Source: Jatrophihabitans sp.
GTDB taxonomy: Bacteria; Actinomycetota; Actinomycetes; Mycobacteriales; Jatrophihabitantaceae
NCBI GenBank assembly: GCA_025924515.1
Contig: JAICIE010000004.1
Span: forward strand, 1,228-65,227
Reading direction: 5' to 3'
Length of the DNA: 64,000 bases
The notes under the pieces were generated by a model. The model did not search any database. It was not told where the DNA came from and saw only the letters and a program-made list of their open reading frames with translations. Made by a program: the position numbers and the translations under genes. Below, piece after piece: positions 34,599 to 44,525 of the stretch; the stretch's first letter is position 1, and every line of letters starts with the position of its first letter.

Positions 34599-35806
34599 GC
34601 CCCCACCTCCGAACCCAGAACGTTCCACACGTCCGCCACGGGCTTGTCTGTGTGGATCGCCCGGTATTCAGGGTGTGGAGTCGCGACGACGAGGACGTCT
34701 GCCTCATCGAGGACCTGCTCCAGCGGGACGAGGGAGGTGTCGATCGTGACGTAGGGGTCCGTCATGAGCACGCGGCGTGCTTTGAAGGACAGGATCCTCT
34801 TCAGTTTGTAGGCCAGGCTCGACCGGATGTCGTCGGAGCCGGCCTTGAAAGACGCGCCGAGAATCCCCACGGTGGCCTCGCTCAGGTCGCACCGCTCGGC
34901 GAGCCGGCTGATGACGTACATCGGAAGACCCTCGTTCACCAGCATCGCCGCGTGCCCGAGGGCGAAGTTGTTGTCATTGAAAGCGGCGAGTTGCATCGTG
35001 TCCTTGAACAGGCAGGGTCCAGCGGCGAATCCGGCCGAGGGCATGTCCGCTGCCCGCGGATAGTCGTGAGCGAGCGCGCAACGGATGCGTTCGAAGTCCA
35101 AGCCCCGGCTGTCCGCGATCATGTAAAACTGGTTCACTGCGGCGAACTTCAGATATCGCCAGGTGTTGGTGAAGAGTTTGGCGAGCTCCGCCTCCTCCGG
35201 CTCCAGCTCGACGATCGTGTCGGTCAGCCTGCGGAACAGCGCCGCCGCCCGCTGCCGGGCGCGCTCATCACGCCCGGACACGATCTGCGGCAACGAGTAC
35301 AGCTCGGTCATCGCCCGGCCTTCGGCGATCCGCTCGGGGCAGAAGGCGACGTGGACGTCCAGCCCACTATCGCGGATGAGCCGCTCGACCAGCGCGGTCA
35401 CCCCCGGGAACACGGTGCTCCGCAGGACGAGCAGCTGGCCGTCGCGCAAGTGTGGCAAGCAGTGTTCGAGCGCCCGCGGAATTGCCTGCGGGTCCGGGCT
35501 GAGATGCTCGTCCACCGGGGTTCCGATGACGACGATCACATTCTCGGCGCTTCCGACCACTGAGACGTCCGTGGTGGCGGCAAGGCGCCCGGCGTGCACG
35601 GCGGCCTTCAGCTTGTCCTCCGCGCCGGGTTCGTCGAACGGCAACCCGGCGTCATTGACCAGCGCGACGGCCTCTTCGCTGACGTCAAAGATCCGTACGG
35701 ATGCGCCTTCGTCGGCGAGAGCGATCGCGAGCGGAAGGCCGACGTGACCGCAGCCACCGATGACGACAACGTCGTTCGGAAACTCGCTATTCGCCCTTGC
35801 GGACAT
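34595..35806 (-). CDS. Nucleotide-sugar 6-dehydrogenase (UDP-glucose/GDP-mannose dehydrogenase family)
   Basis: VVVIGGCGHVGLPLAIALA Rossmann motif and catalytic Cys motif AAGPCLFKDT; 403 aa. Confidence 0.85.
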   Translation of the reverse strand: MSARANSEFPNDVVVIGGCGHVGLPLAIALADEGASVRIFDVSEEAVALVNDAGLPFDEPGAEDKLKAAVHAGRLAATTDVSVVGSAENVIVVIGTPVDEHLSPDPQAIPRALEHCLPHLRDGQLLVLRSTVFPGVTALVERLIRDSGLDVHVAFCPERIAEGRAMTELYSLPQIVSGRDERARQRAAALFRRLTDTIVELEPEEAELAKLFTNTWRYLKFAAVNQFYMIADSRGLDFERIRCALAHDYPRAADMPSAGFAAGPCLFKDTMQLAAFNDNNFALGHAAMLVNEGLPMYVISRLAERCDLSEATVGILGASFKAGSDDIRSSLAYKLKRILSFKARRVLMTDPYVTIDTSLVPLEQVLDEADVLVVATPHPEYRAIHTDKPVADVWNVLGSEVGA

Positions 35807-35879
35807 CGGGCCTCACACTTCTCTCGGCGAGCGCGGCTCTCGCTGGACGCGTAACACCGCTTCGCGACGATACCGGCTC

Positions 35880-37481
35880 TCAGGCTGCTCCTGTGGTCGT
35901 GGCGCAGTCGGCGGACTCAGGTCCCGTCGCGGAGCTGAGGTGAGGCTGAGCCCCGGTTGTGGCGTGGGCCCGGAGTAGCGCAGCCGCGGTGGGTGACAGC
36001 AGGACCCACTCGCCCACCATCTGGTGGCCCGTGTATCCATGCGACTTGAGCAGATGGGCCATCCGATAACGCGAATCGCTGGTCCACCCGTACAGCGAAA
36101 TGACGGCGGGATTGCTCGCGAGGACCTGCCGGGCCCAGCCGCGGATCCCGCCCTTCGTGTGACTGATCTTCCACGCCGAATTGCGCGAGTCGACCCAGAT
36201 GAACGGATCCGGATTCGTGCGGCCCGACAGCACGAGCGGGGTGGGGTCGCCGAGGGCGAACAGCGTGTTGCCCGGAGGGACGAGCCGCGTCATTGCGCAC
36301 GTCCTGAGGAGCTCTCGCTTCAGCAGCTCGTCGCTGCCGTCCCGGAACCAGATCCCCGAAAAGGCCACGAGGACGGCGACCGCCGCCAACGACGCCGCGA
36401 GGACGGCCGGACGTGCCCGGGCCCGCACCCGCGCAGCGGCACCCGCGAGCAGCACCGCGAGCCCGGCGACCCCGAGCGCTCCGTACGCGAGGAAGGGGTA
36501 CACGTCCGGGTAGCCCTGGAAGTCGGTCAGTGCGTAGGCGATCTCGAAGATCATGCTCGGCAACAGGACCGCGACGACGGGGTGCCGCCAGCGGCGCCCG
36601 CTGCGCCGAGCCGCGACGACCGCGGCCGCAACGAGCACCACGGCCATGCCCACTATCAGGACGATCCCGCTGACGCCGTAGTAGCGGACGATCACCTGGC
36701 GAATCAGGTCGGCCCGGGTGATGACCGACTGGGTCTTGTGCTCGGCGCCGTTGAGCGGGAACAGGATGGCGTCAGTGACGAACGGGCCGAGCGCGCCGGT
36801 GATCGCGAAGTAGATGACGCAGGCCGCCACCGGAATGGCGCCCCCTAGCAGCCCGGCCGCGCCCGAGCGCAGGCGCTGCCCGCGTTCGGCTTGGAACAGT
36901 GGCAGCACGACCGCCAGGACGGCGTAGATCCCGAACGGCTGCCAGACCAGAAAAGCCAGCGCGGCCGTGACACCCGCCCAGAACCATCTGCGCCCAGCCA
37001 GCAGCCACATGGACACCCCGCACATCAACACGCCGGGTGTCTTGGCATCGGGACCGGACAGCGCGTCCTCGGCAAAGCCGGTGAAGCAGGAGAAGACGAG
37101 CGCGGTCACCACGCCGGCGGCGCGGGAGCGCCACACCCGCTGCCCCAGCAGGTACATCGCCACCGCGGTCAGGCACGCGCTCACGTAGAACAGCACTCGG
37201 ATGGCCCGCAGCTGGTCCCCGCCGTACAGCGATGCCACTGCGATACCCGCGGCCGCGAGGAAGTGGGCGAGCGGCGTCTTGGGGTCGAAGATGCTCACAT
37301 ACGGCGCGACGCCGTGGGTGAGCTGCTGACCCCCGTATACATAGATCGACTCGTCGCGGCTGAGCCGCCCCTCGATGCCGTACAGCGCGAACAGGACTCC
37401 GGCGACGACCAGGCACACCAGCGGCGCCCCGACCGCGAGCGCTCGGTCCCGCGTCAGCCCGGGCATTGACGGGAGCTTCAC
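35880..37481 (-). CDS. Polytopic GT-C-fold glycosyltransferase (ArnT/PMT/lipid-carrier-dependent type)
   Basis: 533 aa and multi-TM, with an acidic first-loop motif (RLSRDESIYVYGG) and a soluble C-terminal domain. Assignment is by architecture and context. Confidence 0.6.
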   Translation of the reverse strand: MKLPSMPGLTRDRALAVGAPLVCLVVAGVLFALYGIEGRLSRDESIYVYGGQQLTHGVAPYVSIFDPKTPLAHFLAAAGIAVASLYGGDQLRAIRVLFYVSACLTAVAMYLLGQRVWRSRAAGVVTALVFSCFTGFAEDALSGPDAKTPGVLMCGVSMWLLAGRRWFWAGVTAALAFLVWQPFGIYAVLAVVLPLFQAERGQRLRSGAAGLLGGAIPVAACVIYFAITGALGPFVTDAILFPLNGAEHKTQSVITRADLIRQVIVRYYGVSGIVLIVGMAVVLVAAAVVAARRSGRRWRHPVVAVLLPSMIFEIAYALTDFQGYPDVYPFLAYGALGVAGLAVLLAGAAARVRARARPAVLAASLAAVAVLVAFSGIWFRDGSDELLKRELLRTCAMTRLVPPGNTLFALGDPTPLVLSGRTNPDPFIWVDSRNSAWKISHTKGGIRGWARQVLASNPAVISLYGWTSDSRYRMAHLLKSHGYTGHQMVGEWVLLSPTAAALLRAHATTGAQPHLSSATGPESADCATTTGAA

Positions 37482-37575
37482 GCCGCGATGGTAGGGGGCT
37501 CGGGAAGGTTCTCAGGAGGCCTGCTCAGCGGCCCAACGGCGAGCGGCTGGGGTCGGAGGAGCGCTCGGCCGACGA

Positions 37576-38667
37576 TCAGACCAGCCGGTGCATCCACCCG
37601 CGGTCGTCGGGCGCGGTGCCCGTCTGGATCCCCAGAAGGTGCTGGCGAAGCTGCATCGACACCGGACCCGGCCGGCCGTCGCCGACGGTCCACGACCCGG
37701 CGGAGCTGCGCACCGAACCGACCGGCGTGATGACCGCCGCGGTGCCGCAGGCGAAGACCTCGGTGATCTCGCCGGACTCGTTGGCCTCTCGCCATTCCTC
37801 CGTCGAGATCTTGCCTTCCTCGGCGCCGAAACCCAGGTCCTGCGCCAGCTGCAGCAAGGAGTCGCGGGTCACCCCCGGCAGCAGCGTGCCGGTGAGCGCG
37901 GGCGTGACGATGCGGGCCGAACGACCGGACCCGTACACGAAGTACAGGTTCATGCCGCCCATCTCCTCGACCCACCGGTGCTCGACGGCGTCGAGCCAGA
38001 CGACCTGATCACAGCCCTGTTCCGCGGCGTGGGCCTGTGCGACCAAGGACGCGGCATAATTGCCCGCGCACTTGGCCTCTCCGGTGCCGCCGGGCGCGGC
38101 GCGGGTGTATTCCGTGGACAGCCAGACCGACACCGGCTGCACACCCCCCGGGAAGTACGACCCGGCCGGCGAGGCGATCAGCAGGTAGGCGTATCGCCGA
38201 GCCGGACGCACACCGAGGCCGACCTCGGTCGAGATCATGAACGGGCGCAGGTAGAGCGAATGGTCGGCGGTCTTGGGCACCCACGCTCGATCGACGTCGA
38301 CCAGTGCCCGCAGGGACTCGACGAACAGCTCCTCCGGCAGCTCGGCCATCGCCAGACGCCGCGCCGAGCGCTGGAAGCGGCGGGCGTTCGCGTCCGGACG
38401 GAAGGTCGCGATGCCGCCATCCGGCTGCCGGTACGCCTTCAAGCCCTCGAAGATCTCCTGCCCGTAGTGCAGCGCCATGGTCGCCGGGTCGAGCTGCAGC
38501 GGGCCGTAGGGCAGCACCTGCCCCTCGCTCCAACCGGCGTCGGCCGCCCAGTCGATGCGGACCATGTGGTCGGTGAACGAGAGACCGAATCCGGGATTGG
38601 CAAGAATCGCCGCCCGCTCCTCCTCACTGCGCGGGGACGGGCTGCGCGTGACGGAAAAGGTCGCCAT
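37576..38667 (-). CDS. ilvE: Branched-chain amino acid aminotransferase
   Basis: ORF 37576..39402 trimmed to ATG 38667 ([10 protein letters not shown]...). Contains [34 protein letters not shown] and [11 protein letters not shown]. Confidence 0.9.
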   Translation of the reverse strand: MATFSVTRSPSPRSEEERAAILANPGFGLSFTDHMVRIDWAADAGWSEGQVLPYGPLQLDPATMALHYGQEIFEGLKAYRQPDGGIATFRPDANARRFQRSARRLAMAELPEELFVESLRALVDVDRAWVPKTADHSLYLRPFMISTEVGLGVRPARRYAYLLIASPAGSYFPGGVQPVSVWLSTEYTRAAPGGTGEAKCAGNYAASLVAQAHAAEQGCDQVVWLDAVEHRWVEEMGGMNLYFVYGSGRSARIVTPALTGTLLPGVTRDSLLQLAQDLGFGAEEGKISTEEWREANESGEITEVFACGTAAVITPVGSVRSSAGSWTVGDGRPGPVSMQLRQHLLGIQTGTAPDDRGWMHRLV

Positions 38668-38773
38668 GCCCGTGGATCCTAGTTCCGTCGCCCGGACGTG
38701 AGGCCGGATCCGCCGGCCGGCCCGGCAGCGGCGCAGAGCCAAGGAGGCGGCCCTGATGCGTCCCGTCCGGCGC

Positions 38774-38792
38774 ATGTATCGTCGTGATACAT
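38774..38792. promoter_or_regulatory. Inverted repeat ATGTATC-N5-GATACAT upstream of the PadR gene (candidate PadR operator)
   Basis: Perfect 7-bp arms, read directly, 25 nt upstream of the PadR start. The ATGT...ACAT half-sites resemble reported PadR operators, but the spacing differs. Confidence 0.4.
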
Positions 38793-38817
38793 CGCGCCGA
38801 GATAGGGGTCGCCGATC

Positions 38818-39435
38818 GTGCTCGACTTCGCCGTGCTGGGGCTGCTCAACGAGAGCCCGATGCACGGCTATGAGCTGCGCAAACGGCTGGCGGCGCTGCT
38901 CGGGGCGTTCCGGGCGTTCTCCTACGGCTCGCTCTACCCGACCCTGCGCCGCCTCGCCGAGGCAGGCTGGATCACCGAGGACGCGCCGCTCGACGCGCCC
39001 GGCCCACGGGCCCGCCGTGGCAAGCGGGTGTACCGGATAACGGCAGAGGGCAAGGAGCACCTCGCCGAGCTGCTCGCCGAGGTCGGGCCCGACGCGTTCG
39101 ACGAGGATGGCTTCGGCGCCCGGTTGGCCTTCTTCGCCTCCACCCGTTCGGACGTGCGGCTGCAGATCCTCGAAGGACGCCGCCGGCGGGTCGAGGAGCA
39201 GCGTGACGGCCTGCGCAGCGCCCTGAGCCGGGCGGGGGAACGGCTCGACCGGTACACCCGGGAACTGCACGAGCACGGCCTCGACTCGGTGGACCGAGAG
39301 GTCCGCTGGCTCACCGAGTTGATCGAGTCGGAGCGGTCCGAGCGGCCGCAGACGAGACCTCGATCGGGTTCCGAGCGGGCTGCGGTCCGCCCGGACGAGC
39401 ACGTGACCTATCCAGAATCACGAGAGGAGCCCTGA
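38818..39435 (+). CDS. PadR-family transcriptional regulator
   Basis: [18 protein letters not shown]...[19 protein letters not shown]. Positioned directly upstream of ino1, as in other actinobacteria. Confidence 0.85.
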   Translation: MLDFAVLGLLNESPMHGYELRKRLAALLGAFRAFSYGSLYPTLRRLAEAGWITEDAPLDAPGPRARRGKRVYRITAEGKEHLAELLAEVGPDAFDEDGFGARLAFFASTRSDVRLQILEGRRRRVEEQRDGLRSALSRAGERLDRYTRELHEHGLDSVDREVRWLTELIESERSERPQTRPRSGSERAAVRPDEHVTYPESREEP

Positions 39436-40544
39436 TGGGTTCGACCACCACCACCGGTTCGGGGGGACCCATCCGGGTCGCCATCGTCGGAGTCGGCAAC
39501 TGTGCAACCTCGCTGATACAAGGGGTGCACTACTACCGCGACGCCGATCCTGACACCAAGGTCCCCGGTCTGATGCACGTGCAGTTCGGGCCGTATCACG
39601 TCCGCGACATCGAGTTCGTCGCCGCGTTCGATGTGGATGCCAAGAAGGTCGGCACCGACCTGTCCCAGGCCATCGGCGCCAGCGAGAACAACACCATCAA
39701 GATCTGCGACGTGCCGGAGCTCGGCGTTGCCGTGCAGCGCGGGCACACCTTCGACGGGCTGGGCAAGTACTACCGCGAGACCATCGAAGAGTCGCAGGAC
39801 GAGCCGGTCGACGTCGTGCAGGCGCTCAAGGACACACAGGCCGACGTCCTGATCAGTTACCTGCCGGTGGGCTCGGAAGAGGCCGACCGGTTCTACGCCC
39901 AGTGCGCCCTCGACGCCAAGGTCGCGTTCGTCAACGCCCTGCCGGTCTTCATCGCCGGCACCCCCGAGTGGGCGAAGAAGTTCCAGGACGCCGGTGTGCC
40001 GATCGTCGGCGACGACATCAAGAGCCAGGTCGGTGCGACCATCACCCACCGCGTCCTCGCGAAGCTGTTCGAGGACCGCGGGGTCGAGTTGCAGCGCACC
40101 ATGCAGCTCAACGTGGGCGGCAACATGGACTTCAAGAACATGCTCGAGCGCGAGCGGCTGGAGTCCAAGAAGATCAGCAAGACGCAGGCCGTGACCTCGC
40201 AGATCCCCGACCGCGACCTCGGGGCGCGCAACGTGCACATCGGCCCGTCCGACTACGTGCCGTGGCTCGACGACCGCAAATGGGCCTACGTCCGGCTCGA
40301 GGGCAAGGCGTTCGGCGACGTACCGCTGAACCTGGAGTACAAGCTCGAGGTCTGGGACTCGCCGAACTCGGCGGGAATCATCATCGACGCACTGCGCGCG
40401 GCCAAGATCGCCAAGGATCGCGGCATCGGCGGGCCGATCCTGTCGGCGTCGAGCTACTTCATGAAGTCGCCGCCGGTGCAGCACTCCGACGAGGACGCCC
40501 GCGAGTTGGTCGAGAAATTCATCCGCGGGGAGGTCGACCGCTGA
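39435..40544 (+). CDS. ino1: myo-Inositol-1-phosphate synthase
   Basis: [22 protein letters not shown]...; 369 aa. One-nt overlap (TGATG) with the PadR stop. Confidence 0.9.
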   Translation: MGSTTTTGSGGPIRVAIVGVGNCATSLIQGVHYYRDADPDTKVPGLMHVQFGPYHVRDIEFVAAFDVDAKKVGTDLSQAIGASENNTIKICDVPELGVAVQRGHTFDGLGKYYRETIEESQDEPVDVVQALKDTQADVLISYLPVGSEEADRFYAQCALDAKVAFVNALPVFIAGTPEWAKKFQDAGVPIVGDDIKSQVGATITHRVLAKLFEDRGVELQRTMQLNVGGNMDFKNMLERERLESKKISKTQAVTSQIPDRDLGARNVHIGPSDYVPWLDDRKWAYVRLEGKAFGDVPLNLEYKLEVWDSPNSAGIIIDALRAAKIAKDRGIGGPILSASSYFMKSPPVQHSDEDARELVEKFIRGEVDR

Positions 40545-40562
40545 CCCGGATCACAGCCGCGG

Positions 40563-41141
40563 TCAGTTGAGCAGCGGGTCGGCCGGATAGGTCGACAGCA
40601 GGTTCAGCGGCGGACGCTGGCGGCGCAGCACGGTGCGCCACAGCGTCCGCGGCGAGGAGCTGAACAGGTCGTCGGCCGAGCCGGCCACCACCCACCAGCC
40701 GCCCGCCTCGATCTCGTCGTCGAGCTGCCCGGGTGCCCAGCCCGAGTGCCCGGCGAAGATCCGCAGCCGGGACGTCAGGGCGGTCACCACCGGAACGTCG
40801 GCGTCCAGGTCGACCGTGCCCACCCGGCCGACGACCGGTTTCACGCCGGGCCCCTCGGATGCCAACTGGCCGAGGCACAGTGCGCCGTCCGGTTGCACCG
40901 GCCCGCCACCGAACACCACGGCGGGGTCGGTGACCACGTGGTGCCAATCGGGTAGCACCTGACCGACCGGCGTGTGGCTCGGCCGGTTCACGACCACGCC
41001 GACCGTGCCCCCGCCGTCGTGCTCGAGCAGGTAGACGACGGTCCGCGCGAAGGACGGGTCGCTCAGCAGCGGGGTCGCGACCAGCAGCCTGCCGCCCGCC
41101 GGCCGGATGCTGCCAATCTCGGCCCAGCTCGATCGCGCCAC
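40563..41141 (-). CDS. YqgE/AlgH-family (UPF0301) protein
   Basis: LLVATPLLSDPSFARTVVYLLEHDGGGTVGVVVNRP...GHSGWAPGQLDDEI; 192 aa. Confidence 0.85.
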   Translation of the reverse strand: MARSSWAEIGSIRPAGGRLLVATPLLSDPSFARTVVYLLEHDGGGTVGVVVNRPSHTPVGQVLPDWHHVVTDPAVVFGGGPVQPDGALCLGQLASEGPGVKPVVGRVGTVDLDADVPVVTALTSRLRIFAGHSGWAPGQLDDEIEAGGWWVVAGSADDLFSSSPRTLWRTVLRRQRPPLNLLSTYPADPLLN

Positions 41142-41213
41142 GCGGTTATCTTTGCGCGCGGCCCTGTTCCAGGGCAGCTCTAGGAGACGCCGAGCCGGAC
41201 GGAAGGGGCGGAC

Positions 41214-42527
41214 GTGCAGCTACGCAGGCGCCTTCCGTCGGTCCTCGGGCGGCCCGGGTTCAGGCGGTTGTTCGCGGTGCGGCTGAGCGCTCAGTTCGCC
41301 GACGGCGTCTTCCAGGCCGGGCTGGCCGGAAGCGTCCTGTTCAACCCGCAGCGGCAGGCGTCCGCCGCCGATGTCGCCGCGGGCTTCGCCGTCCTTCTGC
41401 TGCCGTACTCGTTCGTCGGTCCGTTCGCCGGCGTGCTGCTCGACCGCTGGGACCGCACCCGGGTGTTGGCGCTCGGCAGCGTCGCGCGCGCTGTCCTCGT
41501 GCTCACGGTGGCCGGCGAGATCGCCGCCGGCGTCTCCGGACTGCCGTTCTACGCCAGCGCACTGGTCGTCCTGTCGGCCGGCCGGTTCGTGCTGTCCGCT
41601 CTTTCGGCGTCGCTCCCGCACGTCGTCGATGCCGACGAGCTGGCCGGCGCGAACGCGCTCAGCACGACCGTCGGCGGACTGGCCACCACGCTCGGCGCTG
41701 CCGCCGCCACGCTGGGCCGGCTGCTGACCGGCGCGGACTCCGTCGGCTACGCGATCCTCGCGGCCGCCGCCGCCCTGCCCTACGTCCTCTCCGCCGCCTT
41801 CGCGCACACGATCGGCGCGGCGTCGCTGGGCCCGGACCGCACCGAACGCACCGAGCGAGAGCGCGTCGGCGATGTCGTGCGTGGGCTGCGCGCCGGCGTC
41901 GCGCAGTTGCGGTCCCGGCCGTCCGCGGCCGCCGCGCTCTCGGCGCTGGCGCTGCACCGCTTGTGCTACGGGATCTGGGCGGTCTGCACGGTGCTGCTGT
42001 ACCGCAACTGGTTCTCCGGCGACGGCATGCTCCGGACGGGGTTGGCCGGACTGGCCCAGTTCGTGGTCGCGACCGCCGTCGGCGGCGCGCTGGCCGCCCT
42101 CGTCACCCCGGGCAGGATCCGCCGCGCCGGTTCGGTCCGGTGGACGTCGCTGCTTCTTGCTGCGGCCGGGGTGGTCGTCCTCGGCTGCGCGCTGCCGTTC
42201 CGGCTGCCGCTGCACCTGCTCGCCGGTGGGCTGCTCGGCTTCTGCGCGCAAGGAGTCAAGATCAGCGTCGACACGCTGCTGCAGAAGGAGATCCCCGACG
42301 ACTTCCGCGGTCGCGTGTTCACGCTCTACGACATGCTGTTCAACGTCGCTCTGGTCCTCGCCGCCGGGCTGACGGCCGCCGCGCTGCCGGAGAACGGCCG
42401 TTCGCCGGGCGCTCTGGCGGTCGTCGGGATCGTGTACCTCGGGACCGCGGTCGCCTACCTGCGCTCCGGCGGACTCACTCCGTGGTCGCGCCGGGCTGCT
42501 GATCCCACCAGCGCCGCAACTCCGTGA
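41214..42527 (+). CDS. MFS transporter
   Basis: 437 aa, about 12 TM, with an MFS-like loop motif (GVLLDRWDRTRV). Confidence 0.75.
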   Translation: MQLRRRLPSVLGRPGFRRLFAVRLSAQFADGVFQAGLAGSVLFNPQRQASAADVAAGFAVLLLPYSFVGPFAGVLLDRWDRTRVLALGSVARAVLVLTVAGEIAAGVSGLPFYASALVVLSAGRFVLSALSASLPHVVDADELAGANALSTTVGGLATTLGAAAATLGRLLTGADSVGYAILAAAAALPYVLSAAFAHTIGAASLGPDRTERTERERVGDVVRGLRAGVAQLRSRPSAAAALSALALHRLCYGIWAVCTVLLYRNWFSGDGMLRTGLAGLAQFVVATAVGGALAALVTPGRIRRAGSVRWTSLLLAAAGVVVLGCALPFRLPLHLLAGGLLGFCAQGVKISVDTLLQKEIPDDFRGRVFTLYDMLFNVALVLAAGLTAAALPENGRSPGALAVVGIVYLGTAVAYLRSGGLTPWSRRAADPTSAATP

Positions 42528-43899
42528 TCGCCTCGTTCCGGTCGAGCGGGCCGCGTTCCATCCGGAGCTGCTTGAGGAGCTGCCAGGCCCGTCCGACCTG
42601 CGGGCCCGGCGGGATACCGAGCACCGCCATGATCTCGTTGCCGTCGAGATCCGGACGGATCGCGTCCAGCTGCTCGCGCTCCCGCAGCTCGGCGATGCGG
42701 CGCTCGAGCTCGTCGTAGGCATGCTGCAGGGCCGCGGCCTTGCGTCGGTTTCGGGTCGTGCAGTCCGAGCGCACCAACTTGTGCAGCCGGGGCAGCAGCG
42801 CTCCCGCGTCCGTGACGTAGCGGCGCACGGCCGAGTCGGTCCAGTCGCTGTCCTGGTAGCCATAGAAGCGCAGGTGCAGGAACACCAGGGCCGACACGTC
42901 CTCGATGAGCTGCTTGCTGTACCGCAGCTCCTTCAGCCGCGCCCGAGCGAGCCGCTTGCCGACGACCTCGTGGTGATGGAACGACACCCGGCCCCCGGAG
43001 AGGAATTCCCGGGTCGCCGGCTTGCCGATGTCGTGCAGCAGAGCCGCCCATCGCAGCACGAGGTCGGGACCGCCGTCCTCCAGGGCGATCGCCTGGTCGA
43101 GCACCTGCAGCGTGTGCGCGTACACGTCCTTGTGCTGGCCGTGCTCGTCAGCCGCCATCCTCAAGGCCGACACCTCGGGCAGGACGACGTCGGCCAGGCC
43201 GGCGTCGACGAGCACCTCGACGCCGCGGCGCGGCTGCGCGCCGAGAAGCAGTTTGGTCAGCTCTGCCTGCACCCGCTCCGCCGTGATCCGCTGCAGTTGC
43301 TCGGCCATCTCGCGCATCGCCTGGTCGACGTCCGCCGAGATCGACACGCCGAGCGTCGAGACGAAGCGCGCGGCCCGCAGCATCCGCAGCGGATCGTCCG
43401 CGAACGACTCCTCCGGAGCGGCAGGCGTGCGCAGCACGCCGCGGGCGAGATCGGCGATGCCGCCGAACGGGTCGGCGAATGCGCGGTCCCCGGTCACCGA
43501 GAGCGCCATCGCGTTCATGGTGAAGTCCCGGCGCCGCAGGTCGTCGACCAGCGAGTCGCCGTAGACGACGTCGGGGTTGCGGGTGATCCGGTCGTAGCGG
43601 TCCGCGCGGAACGTGGTGATCTCGCAGGCCCGGTCGCCGATCCGCGCGCCGACGGTGCCGAACGCCATCCCCGTGGTCCAGGTTCCCGTGGCCAGCGGCT
43701 TGACGAGGGCGAGGATGTCGTCCGGGCGGGCGTCGGTGGCGAAGTCGAGGTCGGCGCCGTCGCCGTCGGTCAACCGGCCCCGCAGCGCGTCGCGGACGGT
43801 GCCCCCTACCAGGTGCAGCTCGTGCCCGGCCGTCGCGAACGCCCCGCCCAGCTGCAAGGCGGTCTTCGGGACGTCGATGAGGTCTGCTGGTGAGGTCAT
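42475..43899 (-). CDS. cca: CCA-adding tRNA nucleotidyltransferase / poly(A) polymerase family with HD domain
   Basis: [22 protein letters not shown] and RADRYD motifs; HD region LHDIGKP. 474 aa. Confidence 0.9.
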   Translation of the reverse strand: MTSPADLIDVPKTALQLGGAFATAGHELHLVGGTVRDALRGRLTDGDGADLDFATDARPDDILALVKPLATGTWTTGMAFGTVGARIGDRACEITTFRADRYDRITRNPDVVYGDSLVDDLRRRDFTMNAMALSVTGDRAFADPFGGIADLARGVLRTPAAPEESFADDPLRMLRAARFVSTLGVSISADVDQAMREMAEQLQRITAERVQAELTKLLLGAQPRRGVEVLVDAGLADVVLPEVSALRMAADEHGQHKDVYAHTLQVLDQAIALEDGGPDLVLRWAALLHDIGKPATREFLSGGRVSFHHHEVVGKRLARARLKELRYSKQLIEDVSALVFLHLRFYGYQDSDWTDSAVRRYVTDAGALLPRLHKLVRSDCTTRNRRKAAALQHAYDELERRIAELREREQLDAIRPDLDGNEIMAVLGIPPGPQVGRAWQLLKQLRMERGPLDRNEAITELRRWWDQQPGATTE

Positions 43900-43996
43900 G
43901 AGCGCCGGAGGAACACCGCCGAGCGCGGGCCGGGAGCGGCGAGGACGGGCAGTGTCACGGGCCGCCAGCGTACCGCCCGGCGGCTACCCTGAAGCC

Positions 43997-44500
43997 ATGT
44001 CCCAGGGCGCGAGACCGCAGCCCGGGCGCGCGAAGTCCCCGCAGCGCAGGCGCCGCGCCCGGTGGCTGCGCCAAGTCAACGAGTACAGCGCCGGCGGGCT
44101 CGTCGTCGACCTCGACAGTGACATCCCGCGCGGCGCGTTGATCGGCCGGACCGACCGGCACGGGCGGCTGCTGTGGTCGCTACCGAAGGGGCACATCGAG
44201 GCTGGCGAGACGGCCGAGCAGGCCGCCGTCCGCGAGGTCGAGGAGGAGACCGGGATCAGCGGGACCATTCTCGGTGAGCTCGGAACGATCGACTTCTGGT
44301 TCGTGGCCGAGGGCCGGCGGGTGCACAAGACGGTTCGGCACTATTTGATGCGGGCCGTGGGCGGAGAGTTGTCCGACGCCGACGTGGAGGTCGCCGAGGT
44401 GGCCTGGGTTCCGCTGCCGGAGATCGCGGCGCAACTGGCCTATCCCGACGAGCGCGGGCTGGTCACCACCGCCGGACGGCTGCTCGCGGAGACCGCGTGA
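43997..44500 (+). CDS. NUDIX hydrolase
   Basis: ORF 43613..44500 trimmed to ATG 43997. Nudix box: [23 protein letters not shown]. Confidence 0.85.
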   Translation: MSQGARPQPGRAKSPQRRRRARWLRQVNEYSAGGLVVDLDSDIPRGALIGRTDRHGRLLWSLPKGHIEAGETAEQAAVREVEEETGISGTILGELGTIDFWFVAEGRRVHKTVRHYLMRAVGGELSDADVEVAEVAWVPLPEIAAQLAYPDERGLVTTAGRLLAETA

Positions 44501-44525
44501 GCGCCGCGGTGTCCAGCACCCCGTC

